Shown here piece by piece: positions 27,871 to 37,566 of a stretch of 64,000 nt of DNA. The translations under genes were made by a program, and so were the position numbers. Positions within the stretch are counted from its first letter, which is position 1, and each line of letters starts with the position of its first letter. Below the pieces are notes generated by a model that was given only the letters and a program-made list of their open reading frames with translations, did not search any database and was not told the origin of the DNA. Source of the stretch: Candidatus Magasanikiibacteriota bacterium (GTDB taxonomy: Bacteria > Patescibacteriota > Patescibacteriia > Magasanikbacterales > UBA922); the NCBI GenBank assembly GCA_018651085.1, contig JABIEQ010000014.1, positions 161,807-225,806 of the forward strand. The letters run 5' to 3'.

Positions 27871-29067
27871 CTCATCTGGAAAATACGTTTGCGTGACAGA
27901 CCCTTTAAAATCTGGATTATATTTATACCCTTTTCCATATCCAAGATTTTTCATAAGACCTGTTGGGGCATTTCGTAAATGAAGTGGCACACCAATGTGA
28001 GAAGTATCTCGGGCATCGGCAGCAGCCTTCTTATATCCAATGTACAGTGCATTGGATTTTTTTGATTTTGCACAATACACGACAGCTTGTGCCAAAATAA
28101 CATTACATTCAGGCATCCCAATCTTATGACAAGCATCATACGCCGCATTTGCTTGGATTAATGCTTCACCATTTGCCATACCAATGTCTTCACTTGAAAA
28201 ACGCACAAGCCGTCGAGCAATATATAAAGGATCAGCCCCCCCTTCAAGCATACGAGCAAGCCAATACAACGAAGCATCTGCATCTGAGCCACGCATAGAT
28301 TTATGTAATGCAGAAATAGCATTATAAAATTCTTCTCCTCTTTTATCGAACACGACATGTGTTCGTTGCATTGCTTGAAGAATATCATCAGATTGTATAT
28401 GAATACGTTTTTTATTCTTTTTAGAACATGTCTGAAATGCAAGCTCCAGACCATTAAGTGCTTGACGTGCATCTCCACCAGAAAGAGAAGCTAACTGGAT
28501 CAATACGTCGTCTTCAATAACAACAGGCCATTTTCCCAATCCATCATCCTTATCAATCAAAGCTCGACGAAGAACTAACACAATATCATCAGTGGTTAAT
28601 GCCTGAAGTACACAAACTCGGGAACGAGACAAAAGCGCACGAATGATCTCAAAAGAAGGATTTTCTGTCGTTGCCCCTATGAGCGTCACAACACCTTTTT
28701 CTACATATGGTAAAAGGGCGTCTTGTTGTGCTTTTGACCACCGATGAATCTCATCAACAAAAAGAAGGGTCCGTTGATTTTTTTCAGATAAAAGAACTCG
28801 AGCTTCTTCAACAGCTTTACGTAAAGCGGCCTTACCAGTGTTTACCGCTGATAACACCACAAATGCACAATCCATTTTTTGAGAAATAATATGTGCTAGC
28901 GTAGTCTTCCCTGTTCCCGGAGGTCCCCAAAAAAGTAATGAAGACAGTTCATTATTATCAATCAAAGTTCGAATAAGTTTTCCTTTTCCAACTAAATGAG
29001 ACTGCCCCACAAAAGATTCAAGATTTTTTGGACGTATCCGATCGGCGAGAGGAGTTTGGTTTACCAT
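27844..29067 (-). CDS. rarA: Replication-associated recombination protein A (AAA+ ATPase RarA/MgsA).
   Basis: LADRIRPKNLESFVGQSHL, FWGPPGTGKTTLAHIIS and VDEIHRWSKAQQDALL. The start is chosen at MVNQTPL. Confidence 0.8.
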   Translation of the reverse strand: MVNQTPLADRIRPKNLESFVGQSHLVGKGKLIRTLIDNNELSSLLFWGPPGTGKTTLAHIISQKMDCAFVVLSAVNTGKAALRKAVEEARVLLSEKNQRTLLFVDEIHRWSKAQQDALLPYVEKGVVTLIGATTENPSFEIIRALLSRSRVCVLQALTTDDIVLVLRRALIDKDDGLGKWPVVIEDDVLIQLASLSGGDARQALNGLELAFQTCSKKNKKRIHIQSDDILQAMQRTHVVFDKRGEEFYNAISALHKSMRGSDADASLYWLARMLEGGADPLYIARRLVRFSSEDIGMANGEALIQANAAYDACHKIGMPECNVILAQAVVYCAKSKKSNALYIGYKKAAADARDTSHIGVPLHLRNAPTGLMKNLGYGKGYKYNPDFKGSVTQTYFPDELGQRVYFS

Positions 29068-30160
29068 AATATGCTTTATTGTGCCAAATACGATACAAAA
29101 ATACAGATATATATTCTCGCAGACGATGAATCCTTCCTCGACGTGCCCACTGTACATCATCTATGTGTTTTGCACCCTTTATCCAACGAAGTAAAATATT
29201 TTTAAGAGGAGTAACAAAAGCCTTATCTTTTATTTGTACATTTGCTTCATGCAAATCGTAAAAACTTGCTTGTTCTAAATTACTGCTTCCAATCATAGCC
29301 CATTCATCATCCACAATAACACCTTTTCCATGCATCATTTTATCCGTAAGGTGCAAATGAACCCCAAGAGAACGTAATGTTAAAAACCATGCATAGGCAA
29401 CATATGTTGCAATCCGTAAGTCAGTCCGAAAAGGAATAAGTAAATCAATACGGACACCTCTTTTTCTTGCTCGCCATAATGCACGCAAAAATTTACGATC
29501 AGGAAAGTAATATGGTGAAAATAAAATTACCCGTTCACGTGCTTTAAGTAGAGCCTCAACATACTTTTTTCGTACAGGGGAATGACGTTTTCTTGGTCCA
29601 TCATAAACAAAATCAATCAAACTATGATCTGTCCTATATCGATATTTAAGCAAATGATGCACTGCTTTTTTCTTTCCTCCACTTAAAGTATACGATTTAG
29701 CGAAAGAACGTAACAAACTACGAACTACTTTCCCTTGCAAACGAACATGAATATCTAACCAATCTTTCGTTTCTTTAGAGATATTCACTCCCCCAATAAA
29801 TCCAATGGTTTCGTCAATTACCAATACTTTTCTATGTGTTCGAGAACAAAAACGTTTCCACCATCCACGAAATCCTTTAAGTCCTGCTTGAAAAAAATGA
29901 AAATCAACGCCCGCAGCTTTTAATGACTTAATACGTTTTGAAGATAACCAAAAACTGCCAAATGAATCAACAATAAGTTTTACATCTAACCCAGCCTTTG
30001 CTTTTTGTTCTAATACATCAAAAAAAGATTGACCAACCTCGTCGTCAATAAAAATATACAATTCCCAATAAATTGATTTTGTTGCCTTCTGCAAGGCTAA
30101 AAACATTCCATCCCAAGCCTCTTGGGAAGACGAATAAATTGTATATTCAGAAGATTTCAT
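29018..30160 (-). CDS. cls: Cardiolipin synthase / phospholipase D family protein.
   Basis: Two HKD motifs (HRKVLVIDE... and HGKGVIVDDEWAMIGSSNLE). The start is chosen at MKSSEY. Confidence 0.75.
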   Translation of the reverse strand: MKSSEYTIYSSSQEAWDGMFLALQKATKSIYWELYIFIDDEVGQSFFDVLEQKAKAGLDVKLIVDSFGSFWLSSKRIKSLKAAGVDFHFFQAGLKGFRGWWKRFCSRTHRKVLVIDETIGFIGGVNISKETKDWLDIHVRLQGKVVRSLLRSFAKSYTLSGGKKKAVHHLLKYRYRTDHSLIDFVYDGPRKRHSPVRKKYVEALLKARERVILFSPYYFPDRKFLRALWRARKRGVRIDLLIPFRTDLRIATYVAYAWFLTLRSLGVHLHLTDKMMHGKGVIVDDEWAMIGSSNLEQASFYDLHEANVQIKDKAFVTPLKNILLRWIKGAKHIDDVQWARRGRIHRLREYISVFLYRIWHNKAYYGKPNSSRRSDTSKKS

Positions 30161-30264
30161 ATATATGTCAGTGTAGCGAAAAAAGCCACATACGTAAAGG
30201 AGGAGGGTCTTCTCAAAATAGGATCTATAGGCTATACTTAGCCCAAACAATAATATATATTTTT

Positions 30265-30612
30265 ATGAGAACACTCTTTCGTTGGCTTATAAATACCCTT
30301 GTTCTTCTCGCTATTGCCTACTACCTTCCTGGTATTGGGGTTGAAGGATTCTATGCCGCTCTTGTCACAGCATTTTTCCTTGGTCTTATAAATGCCATTA
30401 TTCGTCCCCTTATCATTGTTCTTACCCTTCCAATTACTATTGTGACGCTAGGGTTATTTACTTTTATAATCAATGCTCTTTTATTCTGGTTTGTAAGTAG
30501 CTTTGTAAAAGGATTTGAAGTAGCAGGATTTTGGCCAGCATTTTTCGGCGCATTGATTATGAGTATTACAAGTTGGATCACAAGTACGCTACTTATACAA
30601 AAGACTCGATAA
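30265..30612 (+). CDS. DUF360-like small membrane protein (holin-like 4-TM family).
   Basis: MRTLFRWLINTLVLLAIAYYLPGI... with four hydrophobic helices. Confidence 0.5.
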   Translation: MRTLFRWLINTLVLLAIAYYLPGIGVEGFYAALVTAFFLGLINAIIRPLIIVLTLPITIVTLGLFTFIINALLFWFVSSFVKGFEVAGFWPAFFGALIMSITSWITSTLLIQKTR

Positions 30613-30614
30613 AT

Positions 30615-31313
30615 ATGAAACAACAACGAAAAATTATGTCTGTGGGAGGATCAATCATTATCCCAAAAACAGGCTTTGATATTCCCTTTCTTAAAAAATT
30701 TAGAACTCTCATTCTTCAACAAGTAAAACAAGGAAAAACATTTATCCTTGTTATTGGTGGTGGTGGCACATGTAGAAAGTATCAAGACGCTGCAAAAGGA
30801 GTGACAAAAATGACCGATAATGATCTCCATTGGATTGGTATTCACACCACAATCTTTAATGCACAGTTTGTTCGCATGCTTTTTAAAGAACATGCATATA
30901 AAGACGTTATCACAGATCCTACAAAAAAAATAAAAACAAATAAACCCATCATTATTGCAGCAGGATGGAAACCAGGATGTTCAACTGATACTGATGCAGT
31001 ACTTCTTGCAAAGACCTATAACGTAAAACACATATTAAATCTTTCAAATATCAAATACGCCTACGATAAAGATCCAAACAAATTTAAAAATGCAAAAAAA
31101 ATAGAGCGCATGGATTGGCTCACCTTTAGAAAACAAGTTGTTGGAATGAAAGCAGAATTTGGTCCTGGAGGAAATGCTCCATTTGACCCAGTGGCAAGTA
31201 AAATGGCACACAAGCAAGATATTCAAGTAGACATCCTACAAGGAACAAACTTAAAAGAAGTAAGAAACGCCATTAACTGTAAAAAATTCATAGGGACAAC
31301 CATTCACCCATAA
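30615..31313 (+). CDS. Amino-acid-kinase-fold protein, UMP kinase-like (archaeal-type PyrH-like).
   Basis: MSVGGSIIIP, VIGGGGTCRKY and GWKPGCSTDTDAVLLA motifs. Confidence 0.5.
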   Translation: MKQQRKIMSVGGSIIIPKTGFDIPFLKKFRTLILQQVKQGKTFILVIGGGGTCRKYQDAAKGVTKMTDNDLHWIGIHTTIFNAQFVRMLFKEHAYKDVITDPTKKIKTNKPIIIAAGWKPGCSTDTDAVLLAKTYNVKHILNLSNIKYAYDKDPNKFKNAKKIERMDWLTFRKQVVGMKAEFGPGGNAPFDPVASKMAHKQDIQVDILQGTNLKEVRNAINCKKFIGTTIHP

Positions 31314-31325
31314 ACAAAAAAGGAT

Positions 31326-32042
31326 CTAATAAGATCCTTTTTTTCTTTGTTTTCGAAGTTTCAATATAATAAGAAAAAACTCCACAATATCTTTTTTAGA
31401 CAACTTTGATTTCCCTTCTTTTCTGTCAACAAACGTTACAGGAACTTCTTTTACAAAAAATCCTTTTTGCTCAATGCGAAATAGGACTTCTTCTTGAAAC
31501 GCATAGCCATTACTTTTAATCGACGGAAGATCAATTGCTTCCAACACATGACGCTTAAAACAACGGAAACCAGCAGTAACATCCTTTGTTTTAAAACGAA
31601 GACATAATCGAGAAAAAAACATTGCCCCAGCACTCATACCTTTACGAATACTCCCCCACCCAACAATCTTTCCTCCCATAATTTTTCGTGAACCAATAGC
31701 CACATCAAATCTATCCATGTGAGATACCAGTCGAGAAATGTCATCAGGATCATGAGAAAAATCCGCATCCATCTGAATCACACAATCAGCTCCTAACGAT
31801 AACGCCTTTTGAAACCCTTCAATATACGCTGTTCCTAATCCAAGCTTCCCAGCGCGAGAAATAAGATGCACTGATGCATGTTCCTTCATAACATCTCGGA
31901 CAATAGAAGATGTCCCGTCTGGTGAATTATCATCAACAACAACAATAGACACATTATCTATTGGAAGGCGCACAAGATGGCTCAATAATCGAGCAATATT
32001 GTCTTTTTCATTATAAGTTGGGGTAACAATCACGTTTTTCAT
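31326..32042 (-). CDS. Polyprenol-phosphate mannosyltransferase-like GT2 (DPM1-like).
   Basis: VIVTPTYNEKDNIARLL...IVVVDDNSPDGT...VIQMDADFSHDP. Confidence 0.75.
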   Translation of the reverse strand: MKNVIVTPTYNEKDNIARLLSHLVRLPIDNVSIVVVDDNSPDGTSSIVRDVMKEHASVHLISRAGKLGLGTAYIEGFQKALSLGADCVIQMDADFSHDPDDISRLVSHMDRFDVAIGSRKIMGGKIVGWGSIRKGMSAGAMFFSRLCLRFKTKDVTAGFRCFKRHVLEAIDLPSIKSNGYAFQEEVLFRIEQKGFFVKEVPVTFVDRKEGKSKLSKKDIVEFFLIILKLRKQRKKGSY

Positions 32043-32215
32043 ACGCGCCCATTGTAACATACCTCATAAAAAAACAAAATCCCTAGCATATTACTAGAGA
32101 TGTTTGTCATCGATCACTACCTTCTTACTATAAAAAAGTACTGATCGATGAGCTCCACGGGGGTATTGCTCAATCGACCGCGCGTTTGCGCAGCTCGAGA
32201 GCACCTCCCGGGGAG

Positions 32216-32968
32216 CTAATTCCCCTTTGTTTTGTTCACCAAGAATTCCTTCTTCGAGACCCTGGCCAAGAGGGTCCAACGGTTTCCGCCCTCTTTCCCC
32301 CAAGAGAACTTTCGGTCCCAGAGAGAAAGGTCACCATAAGCGTCTTGCCTCACCTGAAAGTAACGGTAATATCCGCTACCCAACGGAACCAACGCCCCTT
32401 GGCTCGAGAAGATGGCCTTGCTAAGACCATCGCAGACACTCCCCGTTGCACCTTCATAGCGCAACATAGTTGGCGTCTCCATAATCCATGCGTAGCAGCT
32501 CCGAGTGTCAAACACCCAGACCGACTTGTCGCAAGAGTCGTCGAGACCGTCCTTATCGAGGTCCTGATTAAGATTCCTCTCCATAGGGCAGCTGTCTCGG
32601 TTGTTGGCAAGGCCATCACCGTCGATGTCGTCGTCGCAGGCATCTCCAAGACCATCCACGTCGAGATCTTCTTGATCGGGGTTGGCCACCTTGCGGCAGT
32701 TGTCCCAATCATCGGAGATACCGTCCTCGTCGAGGTCCTCGCAGACGTCTCCCAAAGGGAGCCCCCCGGAGTCACGTTGCATCTGATTGCGGATGTTGGG
32801 ACAGTTATCCCACTTGTCAGGGATGGTGTCGCCGTCGGTGTCCTTCTCCACTTGGACAATGAGGCTCTTCGATGCCGACGGCAGGGTCAAAGTGGCCGGC
32901 GTCGTCGGGAGAGTGCACCCGGACAAGACGATAGCACACGAAAAGATCAGAACAGTTGCGGTACGCAT
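32216..32968 (-). CDS. GC-rich lipoprotein with thrombospondin type 3 (Ca-binding) repeats.
   Basis: Lipobox LSGC. DTDGDTIPDKWDNCP and DEDGISDDWDNC repeats. A GGAGG RBS lies 8 nt upstream of the ATG. GC content is far above the surrounding sequence. Confidence 0.6.
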   Translation of the reverse strand: MRTATVLIFSCAIVLSGCTLPTTPATLTLPSASKSLIVQVEKDTDGDTIPDKWDNCPNIRNQMQRDSGGLPLGDVCEDLDEDGISDDWDNCRKVANPDQEDLDVDGLGDACDDDIDGDGLANNRDSCPMERNLNQDLDKDGLDDSCDKSVWVFDTRSCYAWIMETPTMLRYEGATGSVCDGLSKAIFSSQGALVPLGSGYYRYFQVRQDAYGDLSLWDRKFSWGKEGGNRWTLLARVSKKEFLVNKTKGN

Positions 32969-33330
32969 GGCATAAACCTCCAAGGCTTGCCGGTGTGTGA
33001 ACAAATAAGGGCTAATTACTACACAAAGAAAAAATATGTACTATTTATTCTGTACGTAGTAACCAACTGATAGAATGAACATTTCTCACTATCCCCTTTT
33101 ATAAAAAAGAAATACTGGGCAATGGGGCTGCACACATAAAGCGCGCAGCCCAGTTTCCATAAATACGACATGTATCTGGAACCCCTACTAGGCAAGCCGT
33201 TCGGGGTATTTGTTTTTCTGTCATCTCGCTTTTGCGAGGCATCTTCTTTTTATCGCTAGAATTCCGAGGAAGAAGGTCTCCTCATATAGAAATCACTCTC
33301 ACGGACTATCCGCGAGAACATATCGTAAGC

Positions 33331-34374
33331 TCAATGCTTCGCGATACTCGCCTCCCTGTCGGGGAAGTCGTTCGTCACGCCGAGACCGGTTTCGAGAACA
33401 CTCTGACCATCGAGGGCCAAAACATCCTCACCGTTCTCTTGAAGTTCACCACCAGTGCGGTGAACGGCGTAACGATTCTCGTCGGAGACATCAGAATCAT
33501 TACCGAACTTCACCAAGGATACCATCATGGCCTTCTTACCACCCGTAGACACGTTCCACGTGCCAACGGGACGGTTGTCCTGGCAGCGGCCAGAGACAGC
33601 GAATTCGGCATCGAGGTAGCGGACCACCTCGAGAACCTGGCCATTGGCCTGGGCCTTGTCGCACGACACCATGTCCACGACTCGACGCTCAACACTCAAA
33701 GGAAGCTTGGGCGTCGGGAGACTCGCGAGGAGCTCCGCGTCACCCTCTTCCTCGAAGACGTTGAGGTCGTTGAAGTTGAAGGTTTTCTCCGAAGCCTTCT
33801 TGGCCACAGGAGCAACACCTCGAGTGGACGCGTATGCCTGTGCTTCACGCTCGGCATGAACCTCGGCTTTAGCGCTCACACTCGTAAGGGAAGTGATCGG
33901 CGCCTCGATAACCCGCTTACGCTGCTCGCGCTTCGGGGTATTCTTGACGCTAACTTTCCACCAGTTCGTGACGAGCCGATTTTTCTTATCGGTCGTCATC
34001 TGAGCCGGCCGACCTCGACCACGCTGCGTCTTCTTGACAGCAGCAGGACGAGGATCCGAATCGAAAGTATCTCGATGCCCAAGGGCTTCTGCCAAGAACG
34101 TCTCGATTTCTTCAGCAGAGGGCTCTTGGTTAAGCGCCTCATACACATCGAACTTTTTCGCGGCGGGCGGATCAGCGGCCCGGCGGGCACGCTCACGGCG
34201 GAGTCGCGACTCTTCGAGCCACGCCCCCTCGTTGCGCTTCACGCTTCCACCCTGACTGATCAGATCTCCATCGGTCACACTGAAGGAAGGTCCTCCAGCG
34301 ATCGCTGACGAGATAAAGCTCAGGTTCAGGGCGATGACGATGGCCACGAGGAGAGCGATGTTCGGCTTGTTCAT
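33331..34374 (-). CDS. GC-rich secreted hypothetical protein (347 aa) with a signal peptide.
   Basis: Signal peptide MNKPNIALLVAIVIALNLSFISSAIA. Strong RBS AAGGAGGAATTACC immediately upstream of the ATG. No recognisable domain. Confidence 0.55.
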   Translation of the reverse strand: MNKPNIALLVAIVIALNLSFISSAIAGGPSFSVTDGDLISQGGSVKRNEGAWLEESRLRRERARRAADPPAAKKFDVYEALNQEPSAEEIETFLAEALGHRDTFDSDPRPAAVKKTQRGRGRPAQMTTDKKNRLVTNWWKVSVKNTPKREQRKRVIEAPITSLTSVSAKAEVHAEREAQAYASTRGVAPVAKKASEKTFNFNDLNVFEEEGDAELLASLPTPKLPLSVERRVVDMVSCDKAQANGQVLEVVRYLDAEFAVSGRCQDNRPVGTWNVSTGGKKAMMVSLVKFGNDSDVSDENRYAVHRTGGELQENGEDVLALDGQSVLETGLGVTNDFPDREASIAKH

Positions 34375-34454
34375 GGTAATTCCTCCTTAAGGAATCTGTA
34401 GTAGGATGCGCAGCTCAAATGGCGCTACCCTACAAAGGTTTGTTACTCTCACAA

Positions 34455-34503
34455 CTCTAGACTCATATAGAATGAGTACTACTCAACCTATATGAGTCTA
34501 GAG
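34455..34503. repeat. Perfect 16-bp inverted-repeat hairpin (CTCTAGACTCATATAG / CTATATGAGTCTAGAG) with a 17-nt loop, at the right boundary of GC-rich island 1.
   Basis: Read directly. Confidence 0.6.
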
Positions 34504-34764
34504 AGGAATAACAGAAAAACAAAATGTAAAGAGCAAACGCAACTGATAGATTCATCTATCATGGAGAAACAGGGAATATCCATGCTCTTCCATGCGGACG
34601 AATTCGGGAAATATTACTACTTTGTAACAAAAGACTATACCATAAAAAAGCAACGTTGTCAATACACACAACAAAAATAATGGCTTTGTTAAACCATTAT
34701 TTTTAAACTACGCTCAACGTAGCAAAAAACAAAATTACATTTTGTTAAATAAGTTTATACAATT

Positions 34765-35637
34765 TTATTGTGGTAGTTTTATATATTTTCTTCCTTTAAT
34801 AATAAGCCCATCCTTGGCTAATTTAAGCACAATTTCATTAAACCGTATACTATCTATATCAGAAAAACGACTCTGTAAAGAATGAATCAACACCCTTTTT
34901 TCACCCCGAAGTATATCCACTATTTGCCCCCTATAATATCGATCAGTATCTTTAAATCGAACAGATTGTTTTTTCTTCTTCTTTTTAAATACCTTACTAG
35001 TAAGTATCTTTGGATATGCTTTACAATGTTCCTGAAGTGGACAAATTCCACATTTTGGTACTCTTGTAAGACAAATTGTAGACCCAAAATCCATTAATGC
35101 CTGATTCCAATCATATGCCCGACACTTAGAAAATACTTCTTCAGCTGTAATTAATAAATCCTTATCAGACACATCTTTTATTCCATAATACACTCGCGTA
35201 TAAAACCGTCTATGATTTGTATCCATCATTGGTACTTTTTTTTCAAATGCAAAAGACATAACAGCACGAGCAGTATAATCTCCTACCCCAGGGAGTGTTA
35301 TAAGTTCTTTTAAAGTATCAGGAAACACACCAGAAAATTCATCACACACAACTTTCGCTGCGCGTTGTAAAAATAATGCTCGCCTATTATACCCAAGCCC
35401 TTTCCACATACGAATAACATCAGCAGTCTTTGCATTAGCAAGAACCTTCACCGTTGGAAATGCACGTAAAAACGCGTGATACTTTGGTATCACGCGTTCC
35501 ACCTGGGTTTGCTGAAGCATTATTTCACTTACTAAAATAGTATATGGATCTCTTGTATGCCGCCAAGGAAGATCTCGTTGATACTTTTTATACCAACGCA
35601 AAAGTCGTCGTCGTACAACACGTATCACATCATCCAT
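34765..35637 (-). CDS. mutY: A/G-specific adenine DNA glycosylase (MutY family, HhH-GPD with 4Fe-4S loop).
   Basis: HhH-GPD region LPGVGDYTARAV. Cluster motif CLTRVPKCGICPLQEHC. Confidence 0.8.
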   Translation of the reverse strand: MDDVIRVVRRRLLRWYKKYQRDLPWRHTRDPYTILVSEIMLQQTQVERVIPKYHAFLRAFPTVKVLANAKTADVIRMWKGLGYNRRALFLQRAAKVVCDEFSGVFPDTLKELITLPGVGDYTARAVMSFAFEKKVPMMDTNHRRFYTRVYYGIKDVSDKDLLITAEEVFSKCRAYDWNQALMDFGSTICLTRVPKCGICPLQEHCKAYPKILTSKVFKKKKKKQSVRFKDTDRYYRGQIVDILRGEKRVLIHSLQSRFSDIDSIRFNEIVLKLAKDGLIIKGRKYIKLPQ

Positions 35638-35639
35638 AA

Positions 35640-37050
35640 CTACGCTGTTTCTCGTTTATAATAATACACACTATAAAACAACACAAATAAGACAAACGAG
35701 CCAATCGCCCCAAACTGCACAATCCGCTTTAGCATGTTTGAATCAGCCTGAAGTGGATTTTCATCTTCACCATCAATTCGCCCATCGTCGTCAGTGTCAG
35801 CTCTATTAGGATCAGTACCGCTATCCACTTCTTCCTTATCATTTAATCCATCAGCGTCAGTATCAGCCAATAATGGATCAGTACCAATTTCTTCTTCTTC
35901 AATGTCACTTAGTCCATCTCCATCGTCATCAGTGTCAACATTATTTCCTTCCCCATCTAAATCAAAATCAGCAGATTCCGTTGCATCCATTGGAAATAAA
36001 TCAAGTAAATCGTTTACTCCATCACCATCAGTATCTACTAACAAAGGATCAGTACCCTTATCCTTTTCTTCTTTATCACTCAATCCATCTTCATCTGTAT
36101 CAGCTTTCTTAGGATCCGTCCCATCTTTAATTTCAACATTATCGTCAAGTCCATCGCCATCAGTGTCAGACGTCGTAGGATCTAACCCTTGATCAAACTC
36201 ATCTTTATCAGAAATACCATCACCATCAGAGTCAACTTTTGTTGGATCAGTTCCCCTATCACGCTCTTTTCCGTCAGTAATGCCATCCCCATCTGTATCA
36301 CTGTTTAATGGATCACTCCCAAGACCTTTTTCATCAATATCACTAAGCCCATCGTTATCGTCATCAGGATCAGCATTATCACCAATGTCGTCTCCATCAG
36401 CATCTGCCCACTCTCCTCCATTTGTTGGAAATACATCAACATTGTCTTTATACCCATCTCCATCCGTATCTTCTTTTACGGGGTCCGTTCCACGATCTAC
36501 TTCTTCTTTATCACTAAGTCCATCACCATCTGTATCAGACACTAATGAATTTGTCCCTAAATCTTTTTCTCTTGAATCTAAAAGTCCATCATTATCGTCA
36601 TCAGGATCATGTATATCTCCAACGTCATCTCCATCAGTATCTAGATCAATAGTATATGTCCTTTCAGATTCAAATCCAGCAACTTCTTCACTAGAAATAG
36701 ACACAACACTTCCATCCCCATTTTTTGCAATAAAATTTGTAAGCCGTGCAGTAAAAGATCCTTCGCCAGAAGGTAATGTATATTCTATCCAAACTTGCTT
36801 TGCTCCTTCTAAAGGAAGATCAACAACACGAGTAGTCCCAATTAAAGATCCATTATTTAAAAATTCAACATCAGCAGAAAAAAAAGCAAAGTCATTATTT
36901 ACAACGACTGTATAAATTTTCACTATGTCTCCAGCAAAGGCATCATTATCAGAAAACCATACGCCTTGACTTACAAAACTAAACGTTGCAAATACTGGAG
37001 TAACAAGAAAAAAAAGAAAAAAACAAGAAACAAGGAAAGAAATCTTTTTC
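35640..37050 (-). CDS. Surface protein with about 14 thrombospondin type 3 repeats, a signal peptide and a C-terminal TM anchor.
   Basis: MKKISFLVSCFFLFFLVTPVFA. Iterated D(T/S)DGDG(L/I)SD...GTDP units. C-terminal FGAIGSFVLFVLFYSVYYY. Confidence 0.7.
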
Positions 37051-37171
37051 ATAATATAAAAAACTACACCTATAGTGTAGCAAATTGGCGTAAAAAAGAA
37101 AACAATGTGGTAATCCAAGTCGTCGGGGTGCACAAAGGCACCCTGACGATAATGGAAGTGAACACCCTCGC

Positions 37172-37465
37172 CTACTTCCCCACACAAGCGAGGGATCGGC
37201 CCTTACGCTCCAGAGTGTCGGGGCATTCAGTCTTACCGCCATCCTGATAAAAGAAACTTTCGTATCCTTTCACCGAGATGCCTTCAGCACAGTGGTACCA
37301 CCGGGTGGTATCATTTTTGTTCATCGTCACTTGCGGATAACTGTCATCCGCACACCTGACAACGATGTGCCCTTGAACAAATCCCATGAAGACTTGCGCC
37401 CCAATGAATAGCGCAAATGCCCCGAGAAAAAAAGCCGTTACCCTCTGAAATAGTGTCACTTCCAA
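37172..37465 (-). CDS. Small GC-rich secreted/membrane-anchored Cys-containing hypothetical protein. Possible TTG start.
   Basis: 97-aa ORF in a roughly 50% GC patch. Hydrophobic N-terminus and five Cys. An AAGGGGG RBS-like sequence lies upstream. Confidence 0.3.
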   Translation of the reverse strand: MEVTLFQRVTAFFLGAFALFIGAQVFMGFVQGHIVVRCADDSYPQVTMNKNDTTRWYHCAEGISVKGYESFFYQDGGKTECPDTLERKGRSLACVGK

Positions 37466-37566
37466 GTCCCCCTTCGTTGTTTCTTAAACCGATCACATGC
37501 TACCAAAAAATGATAGAATGATATCAATTTAGGAATACAGTACCTTAACAAAAAAAAATGATATTG

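Noticed and set aside
29018-29067. 50-nt overlap between the cls 3' end and the rarA 5' end as a possible annotation error or frameshift.
   Set aside because: The chosen rarA start (MVNQTPLADRIRP) aligns well with the N-termini of known RarA proteins. Same-strand overlaps of this size are common in compact genomes. The overlap is noted but not considered anomalous.
33232-34308. 358-aa plus-strand ORF, and 32186-33070 plus-strand ORF, inside GC-rich island 1.
   Set aside because: These are antisense ORFs of the kind expected in high-GC DNA. The opposite-strand ORFs have signal peptides, TSP3 repeats and strong RBSs. These have none.
34492-34680. 62-aa ORF in the island 1 flank.
   Set aside because: No RBS, no motif, low-complexity Lys/Gln-rich product. 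It is probably non-coding.
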